NCBI GenBank assembly: GCA_977017575.1
Contig: CDRNVI010000009.1
Location: forward strand, 186,001-250,000
Direction of reading: 5' to 3'
Length of the DNA: 64,000 nucleotides
Origin: Paramoeba atlantica
Taxonomy: Eukaryota; Protista; Discosea
In this document: positions 59,196-64,000 of the stretch, piece by piece
Layout of the letters: each line of letters opens with the position of its first letter
Numbering within the stretch: the first letter of the stretch is position 1
Notes under the pieces: generated by a model
The model's input: only the letters and a program-made list of their open reading frames with translations
Databases searched by the model: none
What the model was told of the DNA's origin: nothing
Position numbers and translations under genes: made by a program

Positions 59196-59312
59196 AGCGA
59201 AAACGTTCAACAAGGTACAGAAACTGTATCTTTATCGCTAAAACTTTATATTTATAGAAACTGTATCTTTATCGTTAAAACTTTATATTTTAAATTTGAA
59301 GCGAAAACGTTC
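59196..59312 (-). ncRNA. Tandem SL-exon insertion flanked by a 13-bp direct repeat
   Basis: agcgaaaacgttc at 59196-59208 and 59300-59312 brackets one 3'-complete and one partial SL copy. Confidence 0.85.
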
Positions 59313-59739
59313 TACTGGTACAAAGGAAATATGAAAATTTTACATTTATTGAAAGAGACGGAAGACCAAAATTACTTACTCAAGTTTCAAGAACACGAAT
59401 CATAATTTGAAGAAATTATGTGCCCCGGAGGCCAAATTTCAAAACGTGGACTATTAGATGATGATGCATTGGGCCTTTTGACTCCGAAAAGTTATGGCCC
59501 CTCAACTCCCCAAACGGGTAGCCCGAATACGTCTGGCGGCGTATCCGGAGAGCCAGCCATAGGCTATGGCTGACCTCCGCTTGGAGAGAAATTAGATTTC
59601 CAAATATTATCCTCCAATAAAGGAAGCCAATAATTAACAGCTCGGATAGGAGGGGTTCGATACTCCCCAACATGGTTTAACAAGTTAAACCACGACCCTG
59701 CCTAAATTTAAATTGTTGTGTGGATACTGCCCTAGTTTT

Positions 59740-60150
59740 CTGACGTCTTGTTGACGACGGGAAGCTCGGCGGGAAGGGCTAAGCTCGGAAGGATGCGCGG
59801 CGGGGACCGCGGGGAGAAGCATGGCGGGGAGAGCGGTGGGGAGAACGGCAGGGAGGGCGGCGGGGGACGAGAAGGGGGGCGAGTAGGGAGCCAACGGGGG
59901 GGGGGGCGCAGGGAGCGAGCAAGGGGCGAGCAGGGAGCAAACAGGGTGGCGAGCAGGGCGGCCATCAGGGGGCGAGCAGGGCCGCGGGCAGGGCGGTGCA
60001 CGGAGGGCGAGGAGGGCGGCACACGATCGGGGGAGGGCGACGCACGAGGGGGGAGGGAAGAGCGCGAGCAGGGGCGGTAAACAGGGGCGAACAGCGGCGG
60101 CGAGCAGGGCGGGGAGCAGGGGACGCGCATGGTGGCGGCGCTGGGGGTTA
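59740..60150. repeat. G/C-skewed low-complexity tract
   Basis: ggcgagcagggcgg-like degenerate units. Confidence 0.7.
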
Positions 60151-61085
60151 AGGGGGAACGATGAAAAGAAAGTTTACGCCTAAGGGCATCATCAAAGTAA
60201 AAGCAAAAAAAACAAGGTACAAAAAATATTCCTTAAGTTCCGTTTCTACGGTACTTTCACCTCCTTTATCCCAAATGTTTGATCAAAATATTTTTGTTTC
60301 ATTTTTCAAAACGGTGCCATCAGTGAGGGCATAGCACAAACGTTTTTAGATTTTTACATTTTTCTTTAAGAAGAAATCAACTTTTTTGAAGAGAACTTCT
60401 TCTGAAGGCTATCCTAATTTATGTGCTAGTAATACGAATTCGTCAAGGGCACGCAAAAACTTGCTTCCAACTTTTGAACATCTGGTCTACTGCAATGTTG
60501 TACGCAACCTGGATGCTAAAATTCATGTCCATAGCTGCATACATACTGTACAGTCGCAATCGCTACAACCCGGTACTAGAACTCCCTTGTGGCTTTGCAG
60601 GCCTTGAAGAATGCTTTAAAGAATTTTGCTTTGCTTTCTTCTCCAGTTCATCTTGCCGTTTTGTATTCGTTTTCAAGAATGTTTGATACAACGGAGAATT
60701 TACGTCGTAAATCATTGAGCAACAAATAAGAGGGTAAAATATTGTACAAAAAAGCGTCTAGAGAATGCACGTATTCGGAAAGTCCAAAAATAGTAATTTA
60801 GAAAGTGCATTTATTAAAAATTGCGGTGGTTGTATAACTACCGCTCTACCCTCCATTATTGAAAAAACGAAGAAAACACTTACCGGGCGTTAATTACGGA
60901 ATTTCTTAATTACGGTTAACGGTTAAAATTTCGTCGATTTTAACCTTAAATCGGTTAACCGTAATTAGGGAGTAACCGTAATTAAGAATTTTCACAGCCA
61001 TTGTAAACACGCTTGATACCGGTCCGAAGTCCGGCGTCGATTTTTCACTTCGTCGAAAAATCGAAGTGTGAGGGGGTAGGCGGGA

Positions 61086-61850
61086 GGATCATCCCTCAGG
61101 TTCGTTGGGGTCATCCCCAGGAGTACACGGAGGGTCATCCCTCAGGTTCGTTGGGGTCATCCCCAGGAGTACACGGAGGGTCATCCCTCAGGTTTGTTGG
61201 GGTCATCCCCAGGAGTACACGGAGGGTCATCCCTCAGGTTCGTTGGGGTCATCCCCAGGAGTACACGGAGGGTCATCCCTCAGGTTTGTTGGGGTCATCC
61301 CAAGGAGTGCTCGGAGGGTCATCCCTCAGGTTTGTTGGGTTTCATCCCCAGGAGTACACGGAGGGTCATCCCTCAGGTTTGTTGGGTTTCATCCCCAAGA
61401 GTACACGGAGGGTCATCCCTCAGGTTCGTTGGGGTCATCCCAAAGAGTACACGGAGGGTCATCCCTCAGGTTTGTTGGGGTCATCCCCAGTAGTACACGG
61501 AGGGTCATCCCTCAGGTTTGTTGGGGTCATCCCAAGGAGTGCTCGGAGGGTCATCCCTCAGGTTTGTTGGGTTTCATCCCCAGGAGTACACGGAGGGTCA
61601 TCCCTCAGGTTTGTTGGGTTTCATCCCCAAGAGTACACGGAGGGTCATCCCTCAGGTTCGTTGGGGTCATCCCAAAGAGTACACGGAGGGTCATCCCTCA
61701 GGTTTGTTGGGGTCATCCCCAGTAGTACACGGAGGGTCATCCCTCAGGTTTGTTGGGGTCATCCCAAGGAGTACACGGAGGGTCATCCCTCAGGTTTATT
61801 GGGGTTATCCCCAGGAGTACACGGAAGGTCATCCTTCTGGATTGATGAGG
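61086..61850 (+). repeat. 46/47-bp tandem repeat, about 16 copies, with 232-bp higher-order periodicity
   Basis: tcatccctcagg recurs at 61089, 61135, 61181, 61227...; the variant caaggagtgctcgg occurs at 61301 and 61533. Confidence 0.95.
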
Positions 61851-62158
61851 ATCATTCCTCTGGGTTAGAGAGAGGTCATTCCCTGGGATGCTATGGGCAA
61901 TTGGGTGTGGCTTGGTCCCGATATCAAGGTGCTTACGATGGCTGTGAAAACACCAGCGTTGGTGATTCCTCTCCAAAACATCATCAACGCAACGTTTTCT
62001 CAGCCTCGGAAGCGGAGCTTGCTTGCCCAAAGAATTGTACAAAAAAAACAAGAAAAAAAAGGCGGGGGGGGGAGAAGGAGCAGATAAAAGATGAAATCTG
62101 AAAATAGAAAATTAAAGTTAAGCTTCAGTCTTTCTCCTCTTAATCCATTTCTGCCTAC

Positions 62159-63158
62159 ATGGGTAAGCAGGCCAAGCAGGCTCTGAAGAAGAGATCCTTA
62201 GGTAGCGAAGCATTAGATCGTGAACCGATCATCGGTCCAGGAAAAAATCTCGAAGCTTTATCATCGGGGAACGAAGAAATAGATATCCTATTGAAGAAGC
62301 CCCGAACATTTGCTGCCGAAAAAATGGATATGAAAGTCAAGCTGACATATAAAGAAGAAATTTCACTCGATTCTCTGGCTTCTCTGCTACACTTAGCTCC
62401 GGAAGATAACCGCTATAATGGCTTTTGTTGAGCAATGTTATGCTACTTCTTCGAAATAGGAGAAATCGAAGATCACTCGCCGAATTTTGGAAGTCGCTCA
62501 AACGAACAATTCTTTCCTTTTTAAGGATGAACTGGAGTTTTCCTTCAAACGCCGGAAACTAGCAGAATTGATTATAGATACCCCCAAAGAACTCACTCAA
62601 AAGAGTAGTCGATCTCAAAATCAAGACTTAAATGCAAAGCTGTGCACTTGGTTAGGTACTTTTGATGACCCTTTTTTGGGAGGGGAACTATGGGAAGCTA
62701 TGCAGTTCAATATCTCTTTCCGTAACTTTGCCCGGGATGTGATCTCCTCAAAACTGGGTTCGCACTGCTTTGCTTTGCTACAAAGGGCAGGAAAAGATCC
62801 ACCTGAAGAATTTCGAGCTAACGAGACGTCCCTTTTTGCAGGCAATCATTTTTTACTGAAACTTGGGGCCTATTTCCTGTCCTTCCAAAGTTCGCGAGAC
62901 AGTGTTAAACGTTTTAAACAACTACGTGCTTACAAGGAGAAAGTTGGATTAATTCCTGTTGGTTTCTTTGACAGGCCGCATGACTCACAAAATCGTATAT
63001 CTCGATCGGTGTATAGCGGTCATCAAAATCGTTATTCAAATACAGGTGCTCATAATCACAAACCTATGTTTCGTAACACTCGTAACTACCCAAACCCAGA
63101 AGGTAAATCCATACATGTATATGAAAACCGAGCAAACCGCTCTGATAAAGAAAAATGA
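62159..63158 (+). pseudogene. Decayed ORF, possibly gag-like of a YR retrotransposon
   Basis: Two consecutive ORFs upstream of a YR-like start; assignment by position only. Confidence 0.3.
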
Positions 63159-63771
63159 AGTACAGCGCAAAGGCAAGGAGAAGAATGTTGTAATTTGCAA
63201 TTTTGACGTTTTAATTTTATGAAGTTTGGGTCATCTTCCCATAATAAAGGGCAGGTAATTCGTATTTGGAACACGCGCAGTATCCTTTAAAAAAACTGAG
63301 GACACAATTTAAAAAATTTAAATTTAAAAATGTACAAGAACTTGAATTGTGGCTGTTGTGGCATAGCCAAGGTCTCATTGAAGTATCCATACATGCTTTT
63401 GTAATTACCACGGAAGTTCACATAAAGAAGGTTGCCATTTTATTGAAGACATATTTAAGAAACAAGAGATTCATACATTTGTCATTACACCACGACCTCG
63501 TGTAGGTTCCGACTACACTTATGGCGTAAGCATGTAACCAAAACAAAAACAAAAAATCTTAAGATAACAAAAAACCGCCGTAAGATTTATTAACGGCCTA
63601 TTCGAGAATCTTCATAGCAGGACAAAGTATAGTCCCAATCGCTACTTCTAACTTACCAACGAAAGATAATACAATCTATCCCTATTCATAATCTACACGA
63701 ATATACTCCTAGAAGTCCCTCTATTTCTGCCAGATACGTGATCAGTGATACTACCTAAAATAACTGGTAAA

Positions 63772-64000
63772 ATGTCCATGAGAGAGAGCATAGGGACCGT
63801 ACACGAAGTTATTCCTTCAAATTCGAACGAGCTGCTTAGTAAACTAGCAAAATACTCGATATCTGATGGAACCTATCGCTTGTACAATTCAAGAATCACT
63901 ATTCTTAAAGAATTTTCTGTCAAAAAGGGTTTTGAAAGAATCACAAAGGAAGCATTTGGATTGTACCTAGCTGATCTAGCGTCACACAATTCATCTCCAT
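63772..64000 (+). CDS. Start of a tyrosine-recombinase-like ORF (core-binding domain), runs off window
   Basis: Manual translation: MSMRESIG...LAKYSISDGTYRLYNSRITILKEFSVKKGFERITKEAFGLYLADLA. Confidence 0.5.
   Translation, partial: MSMRESIGTVHEVIPSNSNELLSKLAKYSISDGTYRLYNSRITILKEFSVKKGFERITKEAFGLYLADLASHNSSP

Noticed and set aside
59025-59290. Retrocopy of a trans-spliced YR mRNA
   Set aside because: The 13-bp direct repeat brackets only the SL pieces, favouring an exon-only insertion; kept as the alternative in that finding.
60219-60229. AACAAGGTACA, partial SL reverse complement
   Set aside because: 11 nt in A-rich sequence; too short.
61086-61850. CRISPR-like regular array
   Set aside because: No unique spacers: the whole 46-bp unit repeats. 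No cas genes; eukaryotic context. The long ORFs across it are repeat artefacts.

Overview
Eukaryotic, intron-free, transposon-saturated DNA from a kinetoplastid. The evidence is spliced-leader (SL) exon copies, a kinetoplastid-type PRMT7, and CRE/SLACS and VIPER/TATE retroelements; the LRR family suggests a Perkinsela-like early-branching lineage (inference). All recognisable host genes lie on the minus strand, as in a polycistronic cluster: 7 LRR paralogs or pseudogenes, PRMT7 and a 726-aa hypothetical protein. Between them are nested and mostly decayed Tc1/mariner, pogo, Merlin, Harbinger/ISL2EU-like and hAT-like fragments, many MITEs, one APE-type LINE, several CRE-clade (REL endonuclease) retrotransposon pieces and tyrosine-recombinase retrotransposon pieces. 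The most notable unexplained signal is an SL-centred set of RNA-derived insertions: (i) two diverged copies of an SL-headed, ~290-nt structured RNA with compensatory stem changes (57192-57495 +, 10805-11087 -), one followed by tandem three-way-junction motifs; (ii) an SL-exon-only insertion flanked by a 13-bp direct repeat (59196-59312); (iii) an SL-headed CRE/SLACS-like element whose RT ORF begins with a 2A-like peptide. A separate ~205-nt structured cassette follows CRE 3' ends twice (16762-16964, 35182-35386). All alignments and folds were done by eye; no database searches were run.
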